A stretch of 64,000 nucleotides of DNA from Eledone cirrhosa (GCA_964016885.1 OZ024740.1:402070001-402134000), one strand, 5' to 3'. Positions 1-13,625 are shown, counted from the stretch's first letter. The notes: generated by a model not told the origin, from the letters alone. Numbers and translations: made by a program.

Positions 1-98
1 CCTCCATAAATATTATCACACATACATATGTCTGTATGGTTCTAATTAAATGACTCTGAGTGTCCATTTGCTTGGAAATATATGTATTTCGATTTCAC

Positions 99-189
99 TA
101 TCTCTCTATCTGTCTATCTATCTATCTATCTATCCCTGGTGGCAAATAAAAAGAAAATTATCTATATATCTATCTATCTATCTATCTAT
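99..189. repeat. (TCTA)n microsatellite interrupted by a 23-bp Tx1 3'-end stub (134-156)
   Basis: TCTA tracts flank CCCTGGTGGCAAATAAAAAGAAA, which matches the terminus at 647-668. Confidence 0.85.
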
Positions 190-668
190 GTTGTATGGTG
201 GACGCGTCTGAAAGGACTGAGGTCAGGCACCTTTCTCTCTGGCCAACAACTGGTCCGTTTCTTCCGATATCATTTCGGAAGAAGGATCAGGATGGAGAGA
301 GAGGTGCTCCTCCCCAGTCGTTTTTATGAAAGCTGGGTGAAAGTGGAGAGAATGGCCCGTGTGAATGAGCCTTCTCTTTACATAAGCCTGTAGGTGGAAA
401 AGAGGAAGGAACGAGGGAGCACCCCCTCTCTGTGCTCCTGAGGAGAAGGGTTGCACACTTTTTTCGGATTTTTCGGATTTTTCGGATTTTTCGGATTTTT
501 CGGATTTTTCCTCTATTGAGGATTTTGTTATAAATTTGATTTTTTGTTATATTTTATTTTATTTTTATATTTTGTTCTTGCCTCCTCCATATTGAGGACG
601 CCTTGTTTTGTAAACTCCCCCCATTGTACTTGTCCCACTTTTGATGCCCTGGTGGCAAATAAAAGAAA
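190..668 (+). mobile_element. 5'-truncated Tx1/L1-clade LINE (ORF2 C-terminus + 3'UTR)
   Basis: VVWWTRLKGLRSG..FFRYHFGRRIRMEREVL matches 6078-6280. It ends in AAATAAAAGAA followed by (TCTA)n. The 3'UTR has a 9-bp TTTTTCGGA tandem at about 459-510. Confidence 0.9.
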
Positions 669-961
669 CATATCTAACTATCTATCTATCTATCAATCTA
701 ACTGTCGTCTGTTCTACAGCGTAGATGTAATTCACTTCGCGCAGAAGTTTTGTTCAAATTTATTGCGGAAATTTTGTAAGTTCAATTTTAATGTTGATAC
801 TATTGTGTAGCTTGACCCCCCGTCTGAACTGTCCGGCGGTGGGTCAGCTCATCTTCGCCCCTCCCAGGGGTGAAAAACCTCTTTTTAAAAATTTTATGGC
901 ATAAAAATTTCAATCGTCTGACAGAAATGTTAAACGAAGCTAACGAAAATAGTAGTAGGGG

Positions 962-2877
962 GACAGCGGTAAGAGTTGTAAGCTCGCACGCTTTAGTCCC
1001 CCCCCTTCCTTCCCAACTAACGTCATAGAGAAGGAAAGAAAAAATAAAAGAAAAACAGACGAATGTGCGGAGAAAAATGACGAAAACACGAATCTGGACA
1101 TTGATTCCAACAACAAAAATAAATTTGAAAAATTGCATGACAATATTAATACCACAAACAAAGACACAACAAACACAAAAATAACATTTGAAAACAACAT
1201 CATAACAGAAACCAAAGCAGACGACAAAGTCAACACCAATAATATTTCATTTGCACAAACAACAAAGAATTCTTTGACATATATACCGGAAAATATTTCA
1301 GATGTGGCACAAAGAATTATAAACGCCAAACAATACATAACTCAAGGGGAAAATGGTATTTTATCGGTAAAAATGCCTCAAGAACTCACCAAAGATATTG
1401 AAAGTCGGACGGTCGTTTTCCGCACCATCAACAACATTTCTAAAAAACCTCAACAGCCAACACAAACAGAAATCAAAGCAGAACTTACAGAAGTACTTAA
1501 TGAAACCACTTTCATAAGAAGAGACAGACTGTATGGAAGCCTAGCGATTATTATGAAGAACGAATCGGCGGCAAAAAAATGTGCTTTGTCGCCGATTCGT
1601 TCGACAAATTTTACCTTTTATCTATCTTATATGGGTAAAATAACTCAGCGCATATGGCTGGATGCAATGATGCCAGATGTGGACTACTGCTGGCTCATAG
1701 CTGGCTTCATCGATCCAGCGAATGACAACGTGATTTCCATTGGGAAAACCACAGGCAATGCGTTCAGTGGAACAGGTATAGAACTTGTAGTGCAAATGAA
1801 GCCTGAACGCATCGCCCAAATACTCGACAGAATCCTATTAGAGGGCCACGGGTATATAAACATTAGCGTGGAGGGGAGAAGGCCGTCCTCTCATATCTGT
1901 GCAGCAGAGGGCACCTGAAGGCGGCTTGTCCCCAACTCAACAAGAAGAAAACCCTGTTACCAACACCAGCTCCACCACCACCACAACAGATAAACAAACA
2001 ACAAAACTCAGTCCCACCCAACCCGTCCCTCAGTAAAACTACACCACCACCACAACACAAACAGTCACAACACATTACCCAAAAACAAAACACAGTCCCA
2101 CCCAACCACTCACTCAATAAAACAACACAACCACCGCAGCCACAACACACAACACAGTCTAACATAGTGACATCCATCTCCCCCACAAAGAAAACCAACA
2201 CGGAAACATTACCAGCAAACATACCTCTTCCCTCCAACACTGAAGATAACCCAACGAATTCGAAGGAAGAAACGGAGTCCTTCAGACAGATTAAAAGGAA
2301 AAAAAGAAAACATGTGCAAAACACACAAGGCCAAACAACCCCTACCCAAATGTCAACACAATCCAACAAAACACAAAACACCCCTCCAGCAACAAACATA
2401 ACCAAACCTGCCCCTCCTTTCTTCGAAACACTCACACCATCCGAAAAAAAGACATTACACTATACTTACATCAACAGAAACAATAATAAATTAAATGAAC
2501 TCATAAACAATAATCCTTCGGTACAAAGCGAAGGTGTAAACTTTGTTTCTTCAGAAAACTACCCACATTTAAAATTAATAAAGATCCCAATGAACCTCTA
2601 CCAAAAACTAAAAAAGGATTTTAAGGAGGACGTAGGACCGCCCTCTGTCAAACCCACAAACCGCGTCCTACTAAAAAGCTTTCCCCCTCCCCTTCCCCTC
2701 CCCAACACAACTCCAAACACCCCAACCCCACCACACACTGACGACCCCACACCACCACAAGACACCCCTTCACCCAACACCCCCGACCCATGGAAGTCGT
2801 GCGACCCGAACCCCGGGAAGCAGAAAGGTAGCTCTCCACACTCTCCTTTGGCTTTGCCGCCCACATGGATGTGTTAA
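962..2877 (+). pseudogene. Tx1 ORF1 (gag-like nucleic-acid-binding protein), frameshifted
   Basis: The frame is open from about 962 to 1918. At about 1911 a 1-nt shift joins SHICAAEG to HLKAACP (a CX2CX4HX4C knuckle with the first Cys as Ser). It continues into the Pro/Thr/Gln-rich frame ending at 2877. The true start is uncertain. Confidence 0.8.
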
Positions 2878-5800
2878 GAGTAGGATGTTTGAATGCACGT
2901 GGCCTGGGCTCAACTTGGAAGCAAGCAAAGCTTCTAAATGACCTCAGGTCACGTGGTATAAATGTAATGGTTATCTGTGAGACTCGGATCAGCGTCGTAC
3001 GGCAGCTGGCCCCTACCTTCGATGACTTTGAGGTGCATGCATCTCTCTGTCAACCTGGAGCTGGGGGTGGGGTTGTCGTACTGCTGGAAAAACACCTGGG
3101 TCTCGCCGTACAGATTGTTCACTCGGACCCGGAGGGTCGTTTGTTGGTGCTAGACGTTGGCAGTAGTGAAGGTGCGGCGTTGAGACTGGTCGCCGTCTAC
3201 TGTCCTTTCGGAGCTGATCGGCCCGACGTCTTCCAGCGTTTGGATACTTTTCTGGGAACGTCGCGTTCCCTGCTTCTAGCGGGGGATTGGAATGACATCC
3301 TAGATGCACGTTGGGACTATGCAGGAGCATGTCCTAATAGAGGGGGGTGTAACAGCCTTCAAGGGGTTACTCGACCGTTTTAACTTGGTCGATAGATATC
3401 GACTAGATTTTCCAACTGTGCCAACCTGGACTTGGACGAACCACAGTGGTCAATCTAGATCGTACTTAGATAGATTCTTAGTTAGAAGTAAGGATAGGGA
3501 ATATTAAGCTGTCCAGAAATGCTCACGGTTGGCTATACGGATCACAAATTAGTGACCTGCGTAGTCAATCTCGAGAAAACACATAAACGGGGTCTCGGTT
3601 ACTGGAAACTTAATTTGTCTTTACCGGCAAAAGAGACTTACAGAAACCGGATTAGCAGATTAGTTAAGGAGAGGTTGACGGGTGCAATCGTCAACAACCG
3701 ATGGTGGGCATCTCTCAAAAGAGAGATTATAACAGAATCAATAAGTTATAGCAAGATGTTAGTTGCCGATAGGAATAGAAACGAGAAAGAATTAACAGGT
3801 AAACTAGAAGAGGCAATCAAGGGCGAAGATGTGGCCAGAGTGCTGGCATCGAGGACGGTCTTGAACTAGTTTTTCGATGCAAAGCACGAAGGCTGCGTCA
3901 TTCGAAGTAAAATACGTGCTCTAGGTAATGAGGGGGCCAAAGCCGTTGGCTGGGCCCGCGTGACAGAAGCTAAGAGTGGAAATCGATCCACCATCCGGTC
4001 TTTGCAAGACGAGGATGGACGGGTGATCCGGGAGCCTAAGCAGATGTGCGAGGCCTTTCAAAGGCACTTTGCCCGATTATTCGGGGGAGGCGAGGGTCCG
4101 GGCGGGGACGTGGATTTCGGTCCATACCTCGACGGCCTGCCGCGTCTCTCGAGCGAAGAGGCAGAGTCCTGCGAGGGACCAATCTCGGTTGATGAGATCG
4201 GGGATGCGGTGAGCCAATGCAGCAGACGCAAATCTCCAGGTCTCGATGGTATACCTTACGAACTTTATTTAGCAATGCCGGTCTTCTTCTCCGAAGCGGT
4301 CTACTGCAATTGGCAGCAGAACGGGAGAATTCCTTGTTCTGTAGCCAAGGGCGTAGTCTCGATGGTGAGGAAGGACGAGAACAAGGGGATAGTATAAATA
4401 ATTTTCGGCCCATAACCCTGCTAAACACAGAGTTAAAGATTTTGGCCAAGGTGTTAGCAAAGAGGTTGGCGCTTGTGGGTGGCCTGGTGGGAGATGCGCA
4501 GACATGTGCTATCCCATCCAGGTCCATTCACGATAACCTCCACCTCATGCGATACATCATAGAGAGGGTTGGCAACAAACCCGGCTCCGGTGGGGCCCTG
4601 ATCAACTTGGATCAGTCTAAGGCCTTCGATAGGGTCGACCATGTTTACCTGGATGCGGTGCTAGCGGCGGCTGGGTTCGGTCCTGTTTTCAGAGGCTGGA
4701 TCACTGCCTTACATAGCAACCACATCTGTTCTAGGATCAAGGTGAACGGCTACCTTTCGAAGCCGTTCAAAATCACACGATCCATTCGACAGGGGCCCCC
4801 ACTCTTCTGTACGTATTGACTCTCGAGCCTTTACTGAGGAAGTTGGAGTTGTTGCAGGGTATCCCCCTGGAATCAGGATTGAGCAAAGCGATGTCGGCCT
4901 ACGCCGATGACGTAACAGTAATGGTATCGACCGACTCGGAGATCGAGGCGATCGGTACCTTACTGGAGGATTACGAAAGGTTGTCAGGAGCGAAAATGAA
5001 CCGGGAAAAATCCATCGGGCTGCAACTCGGAACGTGGAGAGGCAGTCCGATGCCTCCCGACGGTGTCGTCGACACTGGACGGAGGGCCCGGTGAAGTTGC
5101 TTGGGGTCTGGTTTGGACCAGACCTCCAGGTGGAAAAGAACTGGGACGAGGTTACGAACAAGGTGTTTGCACTAACCCAGAAATGGGCCAAGTGTAAGCT
5201 GTCCCTAAAAGGCCGGGCGGAGGTGGCGAACATTTACGTAGCGTCCGTCATTTACTACCGCCTGACTGTCGTGCCTTGCCCTAAGGAAACACTCACCACC
5301 ATGGAACGCATGCTTTTCCAATTTCTTTGGAAGAAGCGCCCTCCTATGGTGAGAAGATCCATCTGCTGCCAACAACCTTCGAAAGGAGGGCTGGGGATGC
5401 CGTGGTTGATGATGCGTAGGCACGCATTAAGGCTACGGCACCTACAGGTATTCCTCACTGGTCAACCGGTGTGGGCTCCGTTCGTGAAACGAGCCTTTCC
5501 GAGACTCGTCTCGCTCACCGAGCTGCAGTCCTGGGTCAAGCAAAGATCCGGAAAACTGGGAGACTGGCACACTGAGTGTGCCCAGGCGCTCAGGGCTCTC
5601 TGGCAAGCGGGCCAGGCCATCGGTGGAGAATCCACCTCATCATTCTATAGAAGGCTGGTGGCTAGCAGGGGCGATGACACCCTTGGAGAGTCGCTGGACA
5701 TGGAAGAGGACGAACTGGCCAGCCTGTTCGGTAGGACTTTCGGCCCGGGACCAATGGACAACACCAGAAGTCACTAGCCTGGCAGTGCTACCGGGGGGCT

Positions 5801-6280
5801 CTACCCGTTCGAGAGAGGCTCTACAGACACGGGCGCCCGGGCTGGGATCCCTCGAAAAAGATTTGCCCTAGATGCGTGCGTCACGAAGAAACCGTTGCGC
5901 ACACATTGGTGCAATGTCCGGGCGTGGCTGATCTGTAGGGCTACGCCGAACGACTGCTGTCGCGGGTGGCGCCGATTCGATTGACCACCGAGTCCGTGAT
6001 GACAATCAAACCGCCTCCCCTCTTCACAAAGGAAGCAAAGGCGGTTTTTCTGTGCGTAATAGCCATGTTGAAAGAGGTTGTTTGGTGGACACGATTGAAA
6101 GGTCTGAGGTCAGGCAACTTCCTCTCTGGCCATAGTCTGGTCTACTTCTTCCGATATCACTTCGGAAGAAGGATAAGAATGGAGAGAGAGGTGCTTGGCC
6201 ACAGGCAGTTTTATGAAAGGTGGGTGATAGTGGCGAGAATAGCTCGTGTAAATGGGCCTTCTCTGTATACCATCTTGTAG
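2865..6280 (+). pseudogene. Tx1 ORF2: apurinic endonuclease + reverse transcriptase + C-terminal zinc knuckle, with multiple stops and frameshifts
   Basis: APE motifs LNARGL, ICETR, GDWN, SYLDRF, TDHKL, GYWKLN. RT motifs KSPGLDG, NFRPITLLN, DQSKAFDRVDH, IRQG, AYADDV. CPRC..EETVAH...QC at about 5864-5918. Confidence 0.95.
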
Positions 6281-7905
6281 GTAAAGAAGTGAAGGAGAGG
6301 GGAGCACCTTCTCCATGTGCTCCCCGGGCAAAGGATTGCACACTTTTTCGGGGGTGTGTGCAACCCCCATCACGTCCCCTCCCTTTTGAGATTGTTTTCG
6401 ATTATTTTCATTTTATATCCTTTTTACTCGATTTTATGTAAACTCCCCCTTTGTATTTGTCCCTTCTTTTTATGCCTTTATGGTAAATAAAGAATTATAT
6501 CTATCTATCCATCCATCTATATAACTATTCATCTATGTATCTATCTATGTATCTAAATATATATATATATACATGTATGTTTGTGTGCATGTGCGTGTGT
6601 TTGTGTGTGTGTGTGTATGTGTGTGTGAGTGTGTAAAGGCCTGTTAAACGTCACCTGTTTTTTTCTTCACAGATGTTTCATAAGTTGAAACTTTAGTGAA
6701 ATTGCACCGACTCAACTTGTATATTTCCTTTCATTCTTCTCTCTTCCTTTCTTTCTTAACTTATTATTTACATTCTTTCTTTCTTTATACCTTACATTTC
6801 ATTCTTATTTTCGTTTTTGTTCTATGACTGCGACAGATCCCTTCTAAATATTACAGGGTTATGTTTAAGATAGGATGTGAATCTGATTTACTCCAGACGC
6901 ACGTACTAACGGGTAGTCTATACTAATTGCTTGAAACATATTGAAGTTCTTCAATTATAAAAGGAACTTCATTTGCACCCCTTTCCACCTCCCACACTTA
7001 TAAAGAACAACACAGACACCTGCATACATAAAAAAATAAACACATAAAACATTGAAATACACACATACACCTCAAAACCACCCAAACACACACACTTACT
7101 CACATATGTACTTACAAACATTGACAGATAGACAAACACACAGAAACGCAAAAAGACACCTTTATGTTTTCACATACCTAACACAAACCTCTATAAACAC
7201 ACAAGGAAATTCACCCACAGAGAGTTTGACGCACATTCATAATCATGTTATGAAGACACAGTACAAATAAATACACAAGCTCTGACAGAGGGAAAATGAA
7301 AGTGGGAGAAATATAGGAAGAGAGAGAGACGAAAGTTGAGAGAGAATGAAGAGGAAAAACATACAGACCCACACAAATTCGCACAAATTAAAACTTATGT
7401 TCTCACCCATAGAAACATGCAGCACATACCACACACGCGCCACACACATACAACACCCTACATATTCACACAAAGACATACACACCCACTCACAGTCAAG
7501 TACACATACAAGCATATACACACTTACGTATATCTAAATATATATAATGGAGAATCTTGAGCAAAGTTGAAGGCTATTTTAGACTTCTTTAACCCTAGAA
7601 CAAAGAACTCTTTATTCACATTTTATACTATTTCTATTGTGACCCAACAACTCCGTCAGAAAAGCAAAAATATAAACTTTGCTTAGTATATTAATCTCCT
7701 TTATGTTTTGTTTGTTTGAATTCTACTTTTTCTCTGTTGTAATTGTTTTTGTTGTTGATATTTGAAGTTTTTATCTTATAATTTTCTTATTTCATTCGTT
7801 AGCATACAAGAGAGCAGTTACTGATATAGCTCAACATAAATAACTTTAATGTATGTGTGAGAGAGAAAGTGCATATGTGGGTTTGGGTTTCTCTCTCCCC
7901 ACCTC

Positions 7906-8250
<345 letters not shown>

Positions 8251-8259
8251 TATGTAAGT

Positions 8260-8440
8260 AAAAGGTAAACAGAAATAACAAAGCAAACGAAACATTAGTT
8301 TAACGCTTGAAACTGCAGGAAAAGTGTATCAATGTTTTCGACACTAGTCCTTCATCCGAATGATAGAGTTAGAAATAGAAGATCAAATAGAAAGATAAAG
8401 AGTGAGAAGGGATGTAACCATTGTATATGCGGAGTTGACA
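8260..8440 (-). mobile_element. Diverged member of the small hammerhead element family seen at 36270-36460 and 50265-50450
   Basis: Shares GTAAACAGAAATAACA. The minus strand reads CGGATGA-AGGACTAGTGTC-GAAA, a degenerate hammerhead core. Confidence 0.55.
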
Positions 8441-8689
8441 TGTTTGTATGCGTGCCTCTGTGTGGGTGCGTGTGTAGGTGTGTGTGTAGGTGTGTGTGTA
8501 GGTGTGTTCGTATGTTTTGAAGGAAGTTACGAGTATGGCGGGAGATTGGGCTCGTTGAACTAAATGAAAAGAGGATTTGCGATCAGGCAAGGGCTATACG
8601 CAAACACGTATGGCTAGCTGCGATTGAGATTGGAGTGACCATGAAAAAGATAAGCCAGAAGAGTATGGAGGACATAGAAGCTCAGAATG

Positions 8690-10662
8690 GAAGTAAGAAG
8701 TTTGGGAGTTATATTTGGAATGTCGGAAAAGACCTTAATAGAAATGTAGAGTGGCTGACTAAGATAAAAACATGAGTTTAGCGACAGGGAGAATGATATA
8801 TATAACAACTAATACGGTAATTATCCAGCGTATAAAGATGCCAAATTGGAAACCTCCGGCAATGACGGTGTGCAAGGGTTCTGGTTGAAAAAGCTGAGGA
8901 ACCTTCATGGGGGAATTGCTGAGCAACTGAATAAGATTTTGAATGGAGAAGAGAGGTTGCCAGAACGGCTAATCTTTGGGAGAACAATCCTGTGATTAAA
9001 GAACCCCAGCAATGATAATGCAGTTGACAACTTTTGACCTAACTCCTTCTTTTCATTATGTTAAACCTTATGACAGGTGCCATTGCTGAGACAATGTATG
9101 AATACCTGGAGGAGACTACTCGAAGAGTAGAATCGCTGTAAGAGAAGAAGCGGGGGACTAATGATCAATTGCTGATTGATCAGGTGATCCTTAAAGAATG
9201 TAAATAAAGAGAAACAATATTTGCTATGGTCTAGATCGATTCTCGCAAGTGTTATGAAATGGTGCTACATAGTTGGATAGTAGAATGTTTGGAAATGTTG
9301 GGTATTGCAGCTAAAATTAGACAGTTTCTGGCGAGCAGTATTTGATGGTTGGAAGAATGAACTGATATCATTGTAGACAGACTTTGGGAATTGCGAACAT
9401 CAAGTATGGAATATTTCACCGTTGTTCTCTTTATTGTTTCTGCTTCCACTTTCATTGGTGTTGAGAAGGTCAAAGGCTGATTACGAATGTGGGGGACATG
9501 GGTCTAAGATAGACCACCTGCTGGATGATATAAAACTTTATGAGAAATCCCATGAACATATTGATTCCCTTGTACAAACAGTTCAAACTTTAAATACGGA
9601 CCTAGGAATTTAATTTGGCATGAAGAAAGTGTGGGGTGCTACTATTGAAGCGAGGTAGAATTAATAAGATGAAAAGAAGTGAATTACCAGATGGACAAGT
9701 TATGAAGGAAATTGATAACAACGGGTATAAGTACTTAGGCATCTTGGAAACAAACCAAATGAAAGAGAAAGAAATGAAAGAACTATTATCAAGGGAATAT
9801 AAACGGAGACTGGAGTTGATGTTAAAGACAAACTGGTAGGAATAAATTACTGGCATTGGACACACTGGCTGTTGCAGCTCTGAGATATAGCGCTGGTGAT
9901 AGAGTGGAAATGTAAATTTAAGGAGCATGGTAGAACGACCAGGAAAATAATGATGCTACAAGGGGCTCTATACCCCAAAATAACGTGTACAGGTTGTATT
10001 TATGATGACACAGAAAAGGAAGAGATCTTATTAGCTGTTAACTGTGTGTGAAGTCCGAGGAAAGTAATCTGGGATGGTATTTAACAAATTCAAAGAAGAC
10101 ATTGATGGCAGGAGTAAGACAGATGAAGGTCCAAAGCAGTGAAGAATCAAAGGTAAAGGGAGAATTTAAACAAGACAGATAAAGTAACACCTTGAATAGA
10201 TAGAAAGAAGAAATGTATGGTCAGGTCTTGTGGGACATAACTGACGCAGTTGACATATATAAGAACTGGGTATTGACTAGGAAAAGTGACTTAAAAGCTG
10301 AAATCAAAGCCCTTATTTTCGCAACCCAGGAACGCTGAAAACGAACTATATCAACAAGTCAATGGATTCTCTACTTTGTAGGTTGTGTAGTGAGAAAGGT
10401 GAAAAATTAAACCACATTATTAGTGAATGTAAGATGCATGCTCAGAAAGAGTACACAAGAAGACACGACAACATTGCCAGATTGGTTCATTAGAAGAATG
10501 ACATGAGTAGAAGTGAGAAATGGGATGTGTACAAACCGGAAGGTGTTGCTGAAATTGAAGACTATAAGATCATGTGTGACATGATTCACTGTGATCATTT
10601 TATCGTGGCTAGAAAACCTGATATTGTTGTTGTAGAGAAAGGAATAAGAAAGCAATAATTGT
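8690..10662 (+). mobile_element. Decayed R4/Dong-clade non-LTR retrotransposon (RT + CCHC + restriction-like endonuclease)
   Basis: Remnants [69 protein letters not shown] and ARKPDIVVV. Confidence 0.88.
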
Positions 10663-11947
10663 GGGTGGTTAATGAGAAAATATTTAACTATTAGGTTTAG
10701 TATAGTTTCAGCGATATTTCACTTTCAGCTTGATGAAAAAATCTTGAAAGTAAATGGTGTCCTATTTCAAGTCAACAACGGAGCTTCTAACTGGTCAGTA
10801 TATCTGCGACACATAACAGCCAAATCTCCCTGAGATTGAGTAATGTCCTCCTTGGTTTCCTGCAAATAACAAAAATATCGGATGTTACCATATAAATGAC
10901 TTTGTCAGGGTTTATCATGGACGAAACAACCACAACAATGAGCTAGTTCTCTTCATATAACATCCAATTATCTTAAGCTTTGATCATGTATATTCTTGAT
11001 AATGTCTGACGGTCTACTAAAAACATTATCAAATATGCTACAGAAATATCATCTGTTAAATGTGGCGTCTCCAGCTTCCGTCGCTTTACAATGTATCTAT
11101 AATTATCTATTGAACATAATTGGCAACATCTAGTGTTCATTATTCATCAGTGTTCTACTGAGGTTGTAATGACTAATATTATTTCAAGGCAGGAGTTTTA
11201 TTTGAGGAGATATTTAACATTATCTAAATATGAATATAGAATAAGCCAGTTCATAGTCTTACACACACTTTAATTCAAATATTATATAATTACCACTAAA
11301 CGGAAGAATGTTTTACGTACAGAAGAATGTTAAGGAGGTAAGGGGAGAGAGAGAACTATGGAAAGGAATAGGGATGTAGAAAAAAGTTGCTATCGGTGAT
11401 GACAGGGATAGAGACAATGTTACTATTTCTAACATTCGTACACATTCTCCAGTGTGAGGGACAAAAGATAATCCATGAGATCGACTCAGTATTTGAAGGG
11501 AACAAACAGAGCCACAGGAAAATGACTTACAAACGTGTCCCAGTTTGGGCTAGGAGAAAATAGCGGAGTGAAAGGACGCATTTCAGTTAAAAACACTAAA
11601 TAATAGGTAAAGCAATTAAAGAAATGTGATTTTAAGTTGCTTATTGATTGACACATGCCTTGCATGCAATGACAATACAATTTACCCAACGGCGTTGCAC
11701 CCTTATGAATAAATCCTGGTTTATTTGATAACGTACATTATACAAAGAAACAGAAATGCCATTAAATCAGGCATTCATTGAAATTCCTGTGACTTGTTTC
11801 TCTTACTTTTTTCTTGTGAATTTTCTCGTGTATTTATTTTATCGACCATGCAAGGTTGAGAATTAAACTCTGCCTCAGCATAATTAAAGTACAAGAAATC
11901 ACTACTACTCTTACTACTATTAATACTATCTATTAATATTATTATTT

Positions 11948-12129
11948 TGGAAGTATCGGTAGAGGGTCGGACGCCATGCTTTGACGCATAGAGTTACGGC
12001 CCTTGCCATTCTGAGCTCAAATCCCGCCGAGGGTAATTTTGCCTTTCATCCTTACGGGGTCGATAAAATAAAGTACCAGTAATGCACTGGATATTTGCTG
12101 GCCTTGTGCCAAAAGTAGAAACTATTATT
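11948..12129 (+). mobile_element. tRNA-derived SINE, family A
   Basis: B-box GAGCTCAAATCC and core TTTGCCTTTCATCCTTACGGGGTCGATAAAATAAAGTACCAGT. There are at least 8 copies in the window. Confidence 0.88.
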
Positions 12130-12141
12130 CTTTTTATGAGA

Positions 12142-12320
12142 AGGGTGGCGGAGTGGCAGAACGGTAGAGTTCAGATCCCACCGAGGTTAGCTTTGCATTT
12201 CAGCATTGCGTGATTGCGTGATCGATAAAAGAAAGTACCAGTAACGGACTAGGGACAATTTAATGGAAATCCCTCATCTCAAAATTGTTAGCCTTGTGTC
12301 TAAATCAGAAATTATTATTA
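12142..12320 (+). mobile_element. tRNA-derived SINE, family A (diverged)
   Basis: TGGCAGAACGG A-box, GAGTTCAGATCC B-box and TCGATAAAAGAAAGTACCAGT. Confidence 0.7.
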
Positions 12321-12544
12321 TCATTTAGAGGTCAGTCGATTGGCAGGGGGGAGGGATAGTAGGATTTTACGGACAAAAATCATCCAACGAGAGACCCAGG
12401 GGTAGAACTTCAGTCAAGATGTTTGGATAACATCCATGGGCTCGGCTGGTCTCACTTGGGGATTTAGTCGGATCGATTGAAGACAGCTGCTTCTGACAGG
12501 ACCTGCTGGAAAAGAGTTTGAGAACTCTGGCTCGATGACCCACT

Positions 12545-12547
12545 CAA

Positions 12548-12582
<35 letters not shown>

Positions 12583-12614
12583 AGAAGAAGAAGAAGAAGA
12601 AGAAGAAGAAGAAG
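12545..12614. repeat. (GAA)n microsatellite
   Basis: Direct reading. Confidence 0.97.
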
Positions 12615-12877
12615 CGTTAAATTTAATAGAAAAAAAACCTGACCAAATATTGAATCTATCTCTATTCTCCGTATCAGTCAACCGTAGAAGAAGCAGTGTA
12701 CCCGAGAACTTATTCGAATTGACAGAAAGTGTATATGTATGTGTGTGTGGGTGTGTTTCTGTATGTATATATACATATATATAGTATATATATATATATA
12801 TACTGTATATTATGTCCCAAGGCTCTGATACCATCAACACTATAAACACAGAGTTGGCATATCTAAGAATTGACTAA

Positions 12878-12931
12878 CTGCCTGATGAGGTCATAGCCAT
12901 TCAATGGCTATCATCGAAATATATATAGCAG
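12878..12931 (+). ncRNA. Minimal type-I hammerhead ribozyme in a TA-flanked element (about 12810-12976)
   Basis: ctgc-CTGATGA-ggtcATAGCCATtcaATGGCTATcatc-GAAA-tatata-TA^gcag. Stems I, II and III are all present. Confidence 0.85.
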
Positions 12932-12999
12932 CAAATAAAGGATTATGAGTTCATGTAATTGACTTATGTTTCGTCACTATATATATATATATATATATA

Positions 13000-13249
13000 A
13001 GGGTATTGGACTTACTATCATAATGTCGTGGGTTGGATTCCTGGGTTGTGTGCTGTGTTCTTGAGAAAAACATTTCATTTCACGTTGCTCCAATATACTC
13101 AGCTGAAAATGAGTACAAGCAATATCTGGCAGTTTAACCCTGCGATAGACTGGCGTCCTGTCCAGGGGAGAGTCTTCCACTGTCAGTAGCCTTTATGCCT
13201 TGGAACCGTGATAAGCACCGACCAAATGACCCTTCTGTCTTAAGACAGA

Positions 13250-13252
<3 letters not shown>
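13000..13252 (+). mobile_element. tRNA-derived SINE, family B
   Basis: GGGTTGGATTCC B-box and TGTTCTTGAG...ATTTCACGTTGCTCCA core, shared with 17855, 42674 and 54170. Confidence 0.75.
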
Positions 13253-13323
<71 letters not shown>

Positions 13324-13454
13324 CCATGCATATATATATGTGTATATATATATATTTTTTTTTCTTTTTGCCAAAGACTGACTTTAGATATATATATATA
13401 TATCTAAAGTCAGTCTTAACCCAGAAGGCTCATTTGGCATATATATATATATAT

Positions 13455-13620
13455 ATAGTAATAATAATAAATTTGAAGACTAAAATCCAAAGAGGGCTCG
13501 ATAAGGATAAATATATATCAAATATATAAGAACCGTAGAGCAAATATTTATTAAAGATTCGGAAGATCCCGTTAAGGGTGAAAGCAGCGATTCTTTGCTT
13601 AAACTTTAATCTGTTACTTT

Positions 13621-13625
<5 letters not shown>
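13455..13625. mobile_element. Rearranged member of the 'GAAAGCAGCGATTCTTTGCTT' half-hammerhead family
   Basis: Matches 49925-50095, 54973-55124, 39670-39770 and 31890-32145. Flanked by (TA)n. Confidence 0.75.

Larger units (their letters stand above)
701..6494 (+). mobile_element. Near full-length Tx1/L1-clade non-LTR retrotransposon, inactivated
   Basis: 5'UTR, ORF1 with CCHC knuckle, ORF2 APE-RT-CCHC, and a 3'UTR ending in AATAAAGAA. TCTA repeats flank both sides. Confidence 0.93.

Noticed and set aside
800-6441. Antisense and alternate-frame ORFs over the Tx1 element
   Set aside because: They are shadows of the plus-strand ORF1/ORF2 and have no independent motifs.
6650-6725. Polypyrimidine-CAG splice acceptor (also on the minus strand at about 60835)
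   Set aside because: No recognisable coding exon or partner exons can be supported without transcript data.
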